DNA from: Eubacteriales Family XIII. Incertae Sedis bacterium
GTDB taxonomy: Bacteria; Bacillota; Clostridia; Peptostreptococcales; Anaerovoracaceae
Direction: 5' to 3'
NCBI GenBank assembly: GCA_031272365.1
Contig: JAISTX010000013.1
Location: 256 to 64,255, forward strand
DNA: 64,000 bases
The notes under the pieces were generated by a model. The model was given only the letters and a program-made list of their open reading frames with translations. It had not been told where the DNA came from and did no database searches. The position numbers and the translations under genes are program-made. Shown here piece after piece: positions 8,497 to 16,967 of the stretch (positions within the stretch are counted from its first letter, which is position 1; the number at the start of each line of letters is the position of its first letter).

Positions 8497-10509
8497 ATGG
8501 ACATTTTTGATGTGATCGTGGTGGGGGCGGGGCACGCCGGCTGCGAGGCGGCGCTCGCCGCCGCGCGGCTGGGCAAGCGCACGCTGCTCCTCACCATGCA
8601 AATCGAGTCGGTGGCGATGATGCCCTGCAACCCCTCGATCGGCGGCACGGGCAAGGGCCAGCTCGTGAAGGAGATCGACGCGCTCGGCGGGGAGATGGGC
8701 CTGCTCATCGACCGCGCCTTCATACAGAGCAAGATGCTCAACCGCAGCAAGGGCCCGGCGGTGCACTCGCCGCGCGCGCAGGCGGACAAGCAGAGGTACC
8801 ACGAGGAGATGCTCCGCGCGCTCGGGGCGCAGGGCGGCCTCGAGCTGCGCTGCGCCGAAGTCGTGGATTTGCTGCTGTCAAACGATTCTGTTGACACCGT
8901 TGGCGGCGTCGTGCTGCAGGGCGGCGAGGAGGTCCCCGGCCGCGCGGTGGTGCTGGCCACCGGCACCTACCTGAACGGGCTCGTGCACATCTCGGACCGC
9001 GCCTGGCCATCGGGCCCCTCCGGCCTCCGGGCCTCCGTGGGCTTCGCCGAAAACCTGAAGCGCCGGGGCTTCCCCCTGCGCAGGTTCAAGACGGGCACAC
9101 CGGCGCGGGTGCTCGCCCCCTCCCTCCGCTACGAGGAAATGACCGAGCAGCCCGGGGACGACGTGATCGAGCCGTTCTCCTATATAAATGAAGGAAAGTA
9201 CATCGGGGAGAACCGCGCCTCCTGCTGGATGACGTACACGAACCCAGAGGGCCACAAGATCGTCGCGGAAAACATCGGCAGGACGGCGCCCTACGGCGGG
9301 CACACGACGGGCACCGGGCCGCGCTACTGCCTATCGATCGAGGACAAGGTGTCGAGGTTTCCGGACCGCGAGCGGCACCAGCTGTTCCTCGAGCCGGAAG
9401 GCCTGTCAACCGAAGAAGTTTACATACAGGGGATGAGCACGAGCCTGCCGGAGGACATCCAGGAGGTTTTCTACCGCACGATCAAGGGGCTCGAGGACGC
9501 GGTCATTTCCAGATACGGCTACTCGATCGAGTACGACTGCATCGACCCCCTCTCGCTCCTGCCCTCCCTGGAGTCGAAAAAAATCCGCGGGCTTTTCTTC
9601 GCCGGCCAGGTGAACGGCACGAGCGGGTACGAGGAGGCGGCGGCTCAGGGGCTGGTCGCGGGCGTCAACGCGGCGAGGCTGACGGACGGCCTTGCGCCCT
9701 ACGTGCCGGACCGGTCAGAGGCGTACATCGGCGTGCTCATCGACGACCTCACGACAAAGGGGACGGAGGAGCCCTACCGCATCATGACGTCGAGAGCCGA
9801 GTTCCGCCTCGTGCTGAGGCAGGACAACGCGGACCTGCGCCTGACGAGGGCCGGCTACGCCCTCGGCCTCGCATCAGAGGAGCGGTTCCTGCGCGCCGAG
9901 GCAAAACGCAGGGCGATAGAGGCCGCTCTCGGGTACACGGTCTATAGCAACGGGCAGGGGGCAAATGCTTGCGCCGTTCGCTTGTCCTCGGTGCGGGCGA
10001 TACCAGACAGTTCCTTGCCTAAAACCCGAAACTCGCTGGCATTTTTGCCTTCCGAAACGGGCAGCTTGGAAGAGCCTCGGATGAAAGCGGAGCAGGAATC
10101 TGCCACCGCTCAAACAGTCGGGTTTTTTAACGGCAATGAACTGTGTGGTATCGCAGCCGCCCCTGCGGAGGCTCACTCTGCAAGCATCCGCCCCCTGCCC
10201 GTTGCCATAGACCTCCCCCTGCCGGAGGAGCTGAAGGGATCCGTCGCGCGCCAGGTGGAAATAGAAAGAAAGTACAAAGGCTACATCGAGAAGCAGAGGA
10301 GGCAGGTCGAGAAGTTCCGCAAGCTGGAAAGCAAGCGCCTGCCGCAGGACCTGGACTACGGGAGCATGGACGGCCTGCGCCTCGAGGCGCGGCAGAAGCT
10401 GTCGGCGCAAAGGCCCGCCTCGCTGGGCGCCGCCTCGCGCATCTCTGGCGTCTCCCCCGCGGACATCGCCGTGCTCATGGTGCAGCTGGCGAGGAGGGAG
10501 CGGTCCTGA
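8497..10509 (+). CDS. mnmG: tRNA uridine 5-carboxymethylaminomethyl modification enzyme MnmG (GidA), carrying an in-frame palindromic insert
   Basis: FAD motif DVIVVGAGHAGCEAA, C-terminal VEIERKYKGYI, ASRISGVSPADI. About 670 aa, compared with about 625-630 as I recall for the family. Confidence 0.9.
   Translation: MDIFDVIVVGAGHAGCEAALAAARLGKRTLLLTMQIESVAMMPCNPSIGGTGKGQLVKEIDALGGEMGLLIDRAFIQSKMLNRSKGPAVHSPRAQADKQRYHEEMLRALGAQGGLELRCAEVVDLLLSNDSVDTVGGVVLQGGEEVPGRAVVLATGTYLNGLVHISDRAWPSGPSGLRASVGFAENLKRRGFPLRRFKTGTPARVLAPSLRYEEMTEQPGDDVIEPFSYINEGKYIGENRASCWMTYTNPEGHKIVAENIGRTAPYGGHTTGTGPRYCLSIEDKVSRFPDRERHQLFLEPEGLSTEEVYIQGMSTSLPEDIQEVFYRTIKGLEDAVISRYGYSIEYDCIDPLSLLPSLESKKIRGLFFAGQVNGTSGYEEAAAQGLVAGVNAARLTDGLAPYVPDRSEAYIGVLIDDLTTKGTEEPYRIMTSRAEFRLVLRQDNADLRLTRAGYALGLASEERFLRAEAKRRAIEAALGYTVYSNGQGANACAVRLSSVRAIPDSSLPKTRNSLAFLPSETGSLEEPRMKAEQESATAQTVGFFNGNELCGIAAAPAEAHSASIRPLPVAIDLPLPEELKGSVARQVEIERKYKGYIEKQRRQVEKFRKLESKRLPQDLDYGSMDGLRLEARQKLSAQRPASLGAASRISGVSPADIAVLMVQLARRERS
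9939..10213. repeat. roughly 275-bp imperfect palindrome (MITE/RPE-like) embedded in frame in mnmG
   Basis: Terminal inverted repeats match 31/34 by hand count (ggtctatagcaacgggcagggggcaaatgcttgc versus the reverse complement of 10180-10213). Further inner arm matches: 9999-10019 vs 10132-10152 (19/21), and 10020-10029 vs 10118-10129. Confidence 0.7.
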
Positions 10510-10530
10510 CGCGGCGCGTCGCGCCCCGCC

Positions 10531-11154
10531 CTACCCCGGCAGGCGGCGCAGGTCGCTGAGCGAAAACCCCGCCTTCTCCGCCGCCTTCTTCCACCCCGCG
10601 TGCGCCGACTTGACGTAGAGGAACCGCGCGACGTTCGGGCGCACGTAGAGGTCCTCCCCGGTGGCCACCGTCGAGATCGAGACCGCGAACTCGCCGAGCG
10701 CCGACGCAACCGGCGCCATCGGCCTCTTTTCGAGGGGCATGAAGCCGGCCATGGGCCCCGCGCCGACGCAGACCGCCTGGCCCCAGAACAGGCCCGCCTT
10801 GTTGCAGAACAGCTTCACCGCCGCCACCGCGTTTTTGCACTGCTCCGGCTCGTAAAACCCGTTGTTGACCAGCGTGTAGACGACGGCGCCCTGCTTGGGG
10901 ACCACCTCCCCCACCACGGCCCTCTCCAGGAAGCGGATCAGGTGCGACGGCAGCCCGTCGATGTAGAGCGGGAACGCCAGCACCCACACGTCCGCGCCGG
11001 CGATCGCCGCGCGCGCCTCCGCGCCGCCCGCCCCGATCACGTGCAGCTGCGCGCGCTCGGCCTCCGGGGGCAGGTGCTCCGACAGCGCGCCGAGCAGCGT
11101 CCCGCTGATGCTCCTTTTGGTCTTCGGGCTCCCGTTGATCAACACGATCTTCAT
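10531..11154 (-). CDS. flavodoxin-like / NAD(P)H-dependent FMN reductase family protein
   Basis: MKIVLINGSPK... with an alternating beta-alpha pattern. ATGA overlap with the upstream gene. Confidence 0.65.
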   Translation of the reverse strand: MKIVLINGSPKTKRSISGTLLGALSEHLPPEAERAQLHVIGAGGAEARAAIAGADVWVLAFPLYIDGLPSHLIRFLERAVVGEVVPKQGAVVYTLVNNGFYEPEQCKNAVAAVKLFCNKAGLFWGQAVCVGAGPMAGFMPLEKRPMAPVASALGEFAVSISTVATGEDLYVRPNVARFLYVKSAHAGWKKAAEKAGFSLSDLRRLPG

Positions 11155-11669
11155 TCCGACGCCTCCCTCCGCAGCTCGTCCGCCGCCTCCTGCGCGCTCT
11201 CGAAAAACAGCACCTCGTGGGATTTGGCGCACAGGTTCACCGCGTTCGCGCGGACGAGGCCCTGCGCCGCCGCGCGCCCCTCCCCGTCGCTGGCCGAACC
11301 GTAGAACAGCACCTTCAGGTGGAACCGCCCCTTGAACCTGGGGGCGTGGTGCGTCTCCCCCTTGATGACCGTGAAAAACGGCAGCATATACCCGATGCCC
11401 CGGTCGAGCACGGACTTGACGTCCGCGGAATACCCGCCGAACACGAGGCGGCTGACGATCACGAACGTCCCGCACTGCCCGAGGAGCGGCGCGAACGCCT
11501 GGCCCCGGTCCGGGATGACGCAGACGCCCGGCGTCTTCAGCCAGCACCCGAAGCAGCCGACGCAGGGCTTCACCGCCGGCGAGGCGCTGAAGAGCACCAC
11601 CTTCCTGCTCTCCGAGAGGGAGGCCGGGAGCGGCCCGACCAGGTCATGCAAAATCAATCGTTCTTTCAT
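11151..11669 (-). CDS. flavodoxin-like oxidoreductase family protein (Cys-rich CVGCFGCW motif)
   Basis: VVLFSASPAVKPCVGCFGCWLKTPGVCV. The ATG overlaps the mnmE stop (ATGA at 11666-11669). Confidence 0.6.
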   Translation of the reverse strand: MKERLILHDLVGPLPASLSESRKVVLFSASPAVKPCVGCFGCWLKTPGVCVIPDRGQAFAPLLGQCGTFVIVSRLVFGGYSADVKSVLDRGIGYMLPFFTVIKGETHHAPRFKGRFHLKVLFYGSASDGEGRAAAQGLVRANAVNLCAKSHEVLFFESAQEAADELRREASE

Positions 11670-13066
11670 TTTCCTACACAAAACTCCTCGAATACCCTGT
11701 TTAGAACATCGTCCGAGACCGACTCCCCGATCAGCTCCCCGAGCGCGTCGTATGCCGCGCGCATGTTCACCTCCGCGAACTCCGGCGCCTCGCCGAGCGC
11801 GAGCACCTCCCGGCCCTCCTCCGTCTCCGCGAGCGCCCGCGAAAGCAGCTCCGCCTGCCAGGCCCGCGTGACGAGCGCGCCCGTCCCCGCCTGGGCGCCG
11901 GCGCGCGCCGCGCGCTCGATCGCGTCCTCAATCGCCCGGACGAGCTCCCCCGGGCGGAGCGCGGAGCCGAGCGCCTTGTCCGCGAACGGCGCGAGCGCCT
12001 CTGCCTCCACGAGGGAGAACGCCTGCGGCAGGTCCTGCTTGTTGAGGACCAGCAGCGTCGCCTTCGCCGGGTCAAGCGAGGCGGCGATCGCCGCGTCCTC
12101 CCCCGACAGCGGCCGGCTGCCGTCGAGCACGAACAGCGCCATGTCCGCCCTGCCGTAGACGGCCCGGCTCTTCTCGATGCCCAGCGCCTCGACCTCGCCC
12201 GCCGCCTCGCGGATGCCCGCCGTGTCCGACAGCAGCACGGGGAGGCCCCGTACGTTCAGCCAGATCTCCAGCGCGTCCCGCGTCGTGCCCGGCACGGCCG
12301 TGACGATGGCCGCGTTCTCCCGCGCGAGCGCGTTGAACAGCGAGGACTTGCCGACGTTCGGCGCCCCGATGATGCACACGCGCAGGCCGTCGCGCACGAT
12401 GCGGCCCTCCCCGGCGGTGGCGAGCAGGGAGCGCAGGATGGACGTGATCTGCTCCGTGGACTCCCGGAAAAGCGTAGGCGTCGGCGGCAGGCCGGCCTCG
12501 TCGTCGAACGCCTCCGGGTAGTCGATGCGCGCCGTGATCTCGGTCAGGACCGCGAGCAGGAGCGCCCGCGCCTCGCGGATGGGCCCCGAAAGGCGCCCCT
12601 CCGCCTGGTCCTGCGCCGCCCGGTACGCCCGCTCCGTGCCCGCGCGGATCAGGTCGATGACCGCGCCCGCCTGCACGAGGTCGATGCGCCCCGAGAGGAA
12701 GGCCCTCTTCGTGAACTCGCCCGGCGCCGCCGGCGCCGCCCCCGCCGCGAAGCAGAGCTCCAGGATCCGCCGGAGCGGCACCGGCCCGCCGTGGCACTGG
12801 ATCTCCGCCACGTCCTCGCCCGTGTAGGAGCGGGGGCCCGGCATCACCACGGCCAGCGCCTCGTCCACCCGCTCCCCCGTCGAGGGGTCCACCACGTGCC
12901 CGTACCGCATGCGGCGGCCCGGGGCCCAGGCCCCGCCCGCGCCGCCGCGGGCGGGAACGAAAACGCGCGCCAGTACCTCCTGTGCGCGCGCCCCGCTCAA
13001 CCGTACAATCCCAATGCCCCCCTCGCCGGGCGCCGTCGAAATCGCAGCGATCGTTTCTTCTTCCAT
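11666..13066 (-). CDS. mnmE: tRNA modification GTPase MnmE (TrmE)
   Basis: IAAISTAPGEGGIGIVRLSG, G-domain GAPNVGKSSLFN, DTAG, C-terminal CVGK. Confidence 0.92.
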   Translation of the reverse strand: MEEETIAAISTAPGEGGIGIVRLSGARAQEVLARVFVPARGGAGGAWAPGRRMRYGHVVDPSTGERVDEALAVVMPGPRSYTGEDVAEIQCHGGPVPLRRILELCFAAGAAPAAPGEFTKRAFLSGRIDLVQAGAVIDLIRAGTERAYRAAQDQAEGRLSGPIREARALLLAVLTEITARIDYPEAFDDEAGLPPTPTLFRESTEQITSILRSLLATAGEGRIVRDGLRVCIIGAPNVGKSSLFNALARENAAIVTAVPGTTRDALEIWLNVRGLPVLLSDTAGIREAAGEVEALGIEKSRAVYGRADMALFVLDGSRPLSGEDAAIAASLDPAKATLLVLNKQDLPQAFSLVEAEALAPFADKALGSALRPGELVRAIEDAIERAARAGAQAGTGALVTRAWQAELLSRALAETEEGREVLALGEAPEFAEVNMRAAYDALGELIGESVSDDVLNRVFEEFCVGK

Positions 13067-13085
13067 CAGAACACCGTGTGAAGCC

Positions 13086-14108
13086 TCAGCTCTTTTCGAT
13101 GATGACCCGGCGGTAGGGCTCCTCGCCCTCGCTCTTCGTCATGACCCCGTCCACGTGCTGCAGCGTCGCGTGGATCACCTTGCGCTCGTACGGGTTCATA
13201 GGCTCGAGCCGCGCGTTGCGCCCCGTCTTCAGCACCTTCTTCGCGAGCTTCACCGCGAGCTCCTCCAGCGTCTTCTCGCGCCGCGAGCGGTAGCCCTCCA
13301 CATCGATGACGACCCGCTTGTAGTCCTCGTTGTCCTTGTTTGCCACGAGGTTCGCGAGGTACTGGAGCGAGTCCAGCGTCTGGCCGCGCTTGCCGATGAC
13401 CATGCGGACGTCCTCGCCCTTGACCTCGATATAGCTGCAGTCGTCGTTCTTGAAGCCCTCGATCTCCACGTTGAAATGCATCTTCTCGAGCACGTCGCGC
13501 AGGAACACCGTCGCTTCGCCCTCCGGATCCGGCACGAGGTTCTCGATCGGCTCCGAGATCTGCGGGATGCCGGAGATATCGATCTCGATGTCCGAATAGT
13601 CTTCCACGCGGTCGCGGTCCCGGTCACGGTTCCTGTTCCGGTCGCGGTCGCGGTCTCGCGGCCCACGGTCACGGTCCCGGTCACGCCCGGATCCGCCGCG
13701 CCCCCGGTCGCGGTCGCGGTCGCGGTCCCGGTCGCGCGGCCCACGGTCGCGGTCCCGGTCACGCGGGCGCCCGTCGCCCCGCGCCGGCCGGCCGCCGTCG
13801 GACCCGCCGCCCTCGCCCTGCGCCCGCGGCTTCTTCCGGAAGTCGTGGTTCGCCTTCGTCTTCGGCTTGTTCGCCGCCTCGCGCGACATCGCCTCCGCCT
13901 GCGTCATGTCCTCGATCGGCTCCGCGTCCGCGATGCGCTCCACGCGCACCTTCGCAAGCTTGCTGCCGAGGCCGAGGAAGCCCTTCGTCGGCTCCTCGAG
14001 CACCGTCACCATCACCTGATCCTCCGTGAGGTTCAGCTCGTCCAGCGCGAGCCGCACCGCCTCGTCTACATCCTGCCCGTATTTTTCCGAATACTCCATT
14101 TTCACCAT
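13086..14108 (-). CDS. jag: Jag/KhpB RNA-binding protein (Jag_N, KH and R3H domains) with an Arg-Asp repeat linker
   Basis: N-terminal Jag_N (VRLALDELNLTEDQV), KH (GKRGQTLDSLQYL), R3H (EPMNPYERKVIHATL). GGAGGG Shine-Dalgarno upstream of ATG 14108. Confidence 0.85.
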   Translation of the reverse strand: MVKMEYSEKYGQDVDEAVRLALDELNLTEDQVMVTVLEEPTKGFLGLGSKLAKVRVERIADAEPIEDMTQAEAMSREAANKPKTKANHDFRKKPRAQGEGGGSDGGRPARGDGRPRDRDRDRGPRDRDRDRDRDRGRGGSGRDRDRDRGPRDRDRDRNRNRDRDRDRVEDYSDIEIDISGIPQISEPIENLVPDPEGEATVFLRDVLEKMHFNVEIEGFKNDDCSYIEVKGEDVRMVIGKRGQTLDSLQYLANLVANKDNEDYKRVVIDVEGYRSRREKTLEELAVKLAKKVLKTGRNARLEPMNPYERKVIHATLQHVDGVMTKSEGEEPYRRVIIEKS

Positions 14109-14205
14109 AGCCCTCCGTTCACAAAATGAAACTTATAAAACCAATGACACTACGAATGCAAATCCTCAACAAATGTCTTCCAAACCAACAAAAATCACCC
14201 GTCAA

Positions 14206-14261
14206 CAATTCCCAATTCCCAATTCTCAATTCTCAATTCTCAATTCTCAATTTTCAATTCC
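14206..14261. repeat. heptanucleotide microsatellite, 8 copies of CAATTCY (GAATTGR on the coding strand)
   Basis: caattcc x2, caattct x4, caatttt, caattcc. The last 6 codons and stop of yidC (ELKIEN*) lie inside it. Confidence 0.9.
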
Positions 14262-14974
14262 CGCGCGCGCATCGCCTTCCCGCGCATCCGCTTCAGCATC
14301 CACGTCTGCCCGACCGTGAACAGGTTCCCGATCATCCAGTACACCGACAGCCCCGCCGGCATCGTGCGCGCCATCACGACGATGAACACCGGCATGAACA
14401 CGCGCATCACCTTCATCATCGGCTGCATCTGCGCGCTCATGTCGCTCCCCTCGCCCGACGGCGTCGGCGTCGTGCCCATGCCCGTCATGCTCATCGACGC
14501 GAACGTCGTCGCGCCCGTCACGAGCGGCAGCACCCACGGGTCGGGCTGCGAGAGGTCCGCGATCCACCAAAACGCCTCGTGCGACCCGAGGATCATCGAG
14601 AGGTTCTGGATGTACGCGACCGGGTTGCGCAGGAGCACGAACAGCCCCATGAGGATCGGCATCTGGATCAGGAGCGGCAGGCACCCCATCATCGGGTTGT
14701 AGCCCTCCTCCTTGTACAGCTGCTGCATCGCGATGCCGAGCTGCTGCCGGTCGGTCGCGTATTTCTTCTGCAGCGCCTGCATCTTCGGCTGGATGTCCGC
14801 CATCTTCATCTGCCCCTTGATCTGGCTCGCGTAGAGCGGGAACAGGCAGCCGCGCACGATGAGCGTGAAGACGATCAGCGTGATGCCGTAGATGCCGATG
14901 TGGTCGTACAAAAAGCCGAGCAGCGCCCCCAGCGGTTTCGCGATCGTTCCGAAAATCTGATAATACCAGGACAA
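14240..14974 (-). CDS. yidC: membrane protein insertase YidC/SpoIIIJ (short Gram-positive type)
   Basis: LIVRGCLFPL...QPKMQALQKKY...GCLPLLIQMPIL. Confidence 0.9.
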   Translation of the reverse strand: MSWYYQIFGTIAKPLGALLGFLYDHIGIYGITLIVFTLIVRGCLFPLYASQIKGQMKMADIQPKMQALQKKYATDRQQLGIAMQQLYKEEGYNPMMGCLPLLIQMPILMGLFVLLRNPVAYIQNLSMILGSHEAFWWIADLSQPDPWVLPLVTGATTFASMSMTGMGTTPTPSGEGSDMSAQMQPMMKVMRVFMPVFIVVMARTMPAGLSVYWMIGNLFTVGQTWMLKRMRGKAMRARELKIEN

Positions 14975-15016
14975 ATCCTTCCCTCCGTCTTCCTACAATA
15001 ACAGCCGCCGCGCCCG

Positions 15017-15226
15017 CTACGGCACCGGGTCGTAGCCGCCCGGGTGGAACGGGTGGCACCTGAGGATGCGCGCGATGCCGAGCCTGCAGCCCTTGAAAAA
15101 CCCGTATTTCTGGAGCGCCTCGATGAAATACGCGGAGCAGGTCGGGAAAAACCGGCAGGTGGGCGGGAACCAGGGCGAGACAAAAATCTGGTACCCCCGT
15201 ATGCCGTAGATAAGCACTGTTTTCAT
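15017..15226 (-). CDS. yidD: membrane protein insertion efficiency factor YidD
   Basis: [22 protein letters not shown]...[13 protein letters not shown]. Confidence 0.92.
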   Translation of the reverse strand: MKTVLIYGIRGYQIFVSPWFPPTCRFFPTCSAYFIEALQKYGFFKGCRLGIARILRCHPFHPGGYDPVP

Positions 15227-15567
15227 TTCAGGACTTTTCCCTTCGCGAGCGCTCGCTTCATCGACGCCTCGACTTCCTGCCGCTTCTTTCCGGTGATCGT
15301 GTTCCTCGCGATGAAGAGGATGTCGAAGCCGCTTTTCAGCGCGTCCTCCTTCTCCATCAGCCGGAACCCCTCCTTCATGAGCCTCCGCGCCCGGTTCCGG
15401 GCCACGGCCCCGCCTACTTTCTTGCTGGCGAGGAACGCCTTTCGGTTCATGGGCAGGGCGTTCGGGATGGCGAACAAAACGATGTATTTTTCGGAAATCG
15501 ACCGCCCCCGTTTGTAGAGCCGGTCGAAATCCTTCCTGTTCCGAAGAACCTCCGGCTTCAGCGCCAT
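15223..15567 (-). CDS. rnpA: ribonuclease P protein component
   Basis: About 114 aa and basic, with [14 protein letters not shown]. Lies downstream of rpmH. Confidence 0.9.
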   Translation of the reverse strand: MALKPEVLRNRKDFDRLYKRGRSISEKYIVLFAIPNALPMNRKAFLASKKVGGAVARNRARRLMKEGFRLMEKEDALKSGFDILFIARNTITGKKRQEVEASMKRALAKGKVLK

Positions 15568-15588
15568 GTGCCGCGCGCCGCCCCTTCC

Positions 15589-15717
15589 TTACGCGGAGAG
15601 GCGCTTCCGGCCCCTGAGCCGCCTGCGTTTCAGGACGTTGCGCCCGTTCTTTGTCGACATCCTTTTGCGGAAGCCGTGCTCTTTCGCTCTTTGCCGTTTT
15701 TTCGGCTGGTACGTCAT
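15589..15717 (-). CDS. rpmH: 50S ribosomal protein L34 (below the ORF-track length cutoff)
   Basis: Hand translation of the minus strand: [42 protein letters not shown]. Confidence 0.9.
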   Translation of the reverse strand: MTYQPKKRQRAKEHGFRKRMSTKNGRNVLKRRRLRGRKRLSA

Positions 15718-15822
15718 CTTCATGTGTTCTGCGTTCTCCTTACTATCTCGTCCGGCCCTGAATCTCGTGCCGGTTCTTCACTTGCGCCTGCGGCGGAACC
15801 ACCCCATTCCACAAGCCATATT

Positions 15823-15851
15823 ATTATAGTCGACAAGCCCCTGCCTGTCAA
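15823..15851 (-). promoter_or_regulatory. consensus sigma-A promoter for rpmH (TTGACA-17-TATAAT)
   Basis: Minus strand reads TTGACAggcaggggcttgtcgacTATAAT. The -35 overlaps the recF stop codon (15848-15850). Confidence 0.7.
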
Positions 15852-16960
15852 AAGGTATTTTTTTCCACGAAACCGCCGCGGACCCTGATCACACGCGCGC
15901 CCCCCAGGGCCGCCGGCGCCTCCGCCGCCGTCACGAAGACCTGGTTGCCCGAGAAGGCCGAGAGGATCCGCCCCTGCCGCCCCGCGTCGAGCTCGCTCAT
16001 CACGTCGTCGAGCAGGAGGATCGCGTCCTCCCCCGTCTCCTGCTTGATGAGGGCCCGCTCCGCGAGCCGGAGCGCGAGCGCCGCCGTGCGCTGCTGCCCC
16101 TGCGAGCCGTAGACGCGCAGGTCCGACCCGTTCAGTGACAGCGCGAGGTCGTCCCGGTGCGGCCCCGCCTCGGTGGCGCCGAGGAAGAGGTCCCGCTCCC
16201 GCCCCCGCCGCAAGGCCCCCCGCATGGCCTCCTCGTACTCGCCCGCCGTGACGCCCGAAGGATCCCGTTCGCCGCCCAGCGCGCTCGGCCGGTACGCCGC
16301 CGAGAGCGCCTCGCGCCCGTCCGAAATCATCGACACGGATTCCGCCGCCGCCCGCGACAGCGCCTCCGCGTAGGCCGCCCGCTCGGCCATCACGGCTGCG
16401 CCCGCCGCCGCCAGCTGCTCGTCGTAGACGTCGAGCAGCCCCGGGTCCGCCCCTTCTTTTTTCAAGAGCGCGTTGCGGTTTTTCAAAACCCCCTTGTATT
16501 TTTTCAACTTGTGGTAGTAGACGGGCCGCAGGAGGATGATCTCGCGGTCGAGGAACCGCCGCCGCGCGTCCGGCCCCCCCTTCACGATCGACAGGTCCTC
16601 CGGCGAGAACACGATCGTGTACGCCCCCCCGAGCAAATCAAAAACGGAACCCTTCTCCGCCCCGTTCACAAAAAACTCCCTCTGCCCGCCGGCCCCCCGC
16701 CACACGATCTCCACCGTGAAGGGCGAGCCCCTCTTCTCGAAATGCCCCTTCACCGACAGGGCCTCCTCCCCCGACCGGACCATCTCCTGCTCCCGCCGCG
16801 TCCGGAAGGACTTCGCCATGGACAGGAAACCGACCGCCTCGATCAGGTTCGTCTTCCCCTGCCCGTTCTCCCCCGTGACGACGTTGAGGCGCTCGTCGAA
16901 GGAGACCTCCTCCTCTTTGTAGTTGCGGAAATTCCGCAGGAGGATTTTCTCTATCTTCAT
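15848..16960 (-). CDS. recF: DNA replication and repair protein RecF
   Basis: Walker A GENGQGKTNLIEA, signature SQGQQRTAALAL, LLLDDVMSELD. Confidence 0.92.
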   Translation of the reverse strand: MKIEKILLRNFRNYKEEEVSFDERLNVVTGENGQGKTNLIEAVGFLSMAKSFRTRREQEMVRSGEEALSVKGHFEKRGSPFTVEIVWRGAGGQREFFVNGAEKGSVFDLLGGAYTIVFSPEDLSIVKGGPDARRRFLDREIILLRPVYYHKLKKYKGVLKNRNALLKKEGADPGLLDVYDEQLAAAGAAVMAERAAYAEALSRAAAESVSMISDGREALSAAYRPSALGGERDPSGVTAGEYEEAMRGALRRGRERDLFLGATEAGPHRDDLALSLNGSDLRVYGSQGQQRTAALALRLAERALIKQETGEDAILLLDDVMSELDAGRQGRILSAFSGNQVFVTAAEAPAALGGARVIRVRGGFVEKNTF

Positions 16961-16967
16961 CCTTTTT

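Noticed and set aside
13608-13775. A short-period GC-rich tandem repeat considered as a possible CRISPR array or non-coding satellite.
   Set aside because: The period is 6 nt with no spacers, and the tract lies in frame inside the Jag ORF, where it encodes RD dipeptides. No CRISPR array was seen anywhere in the window.
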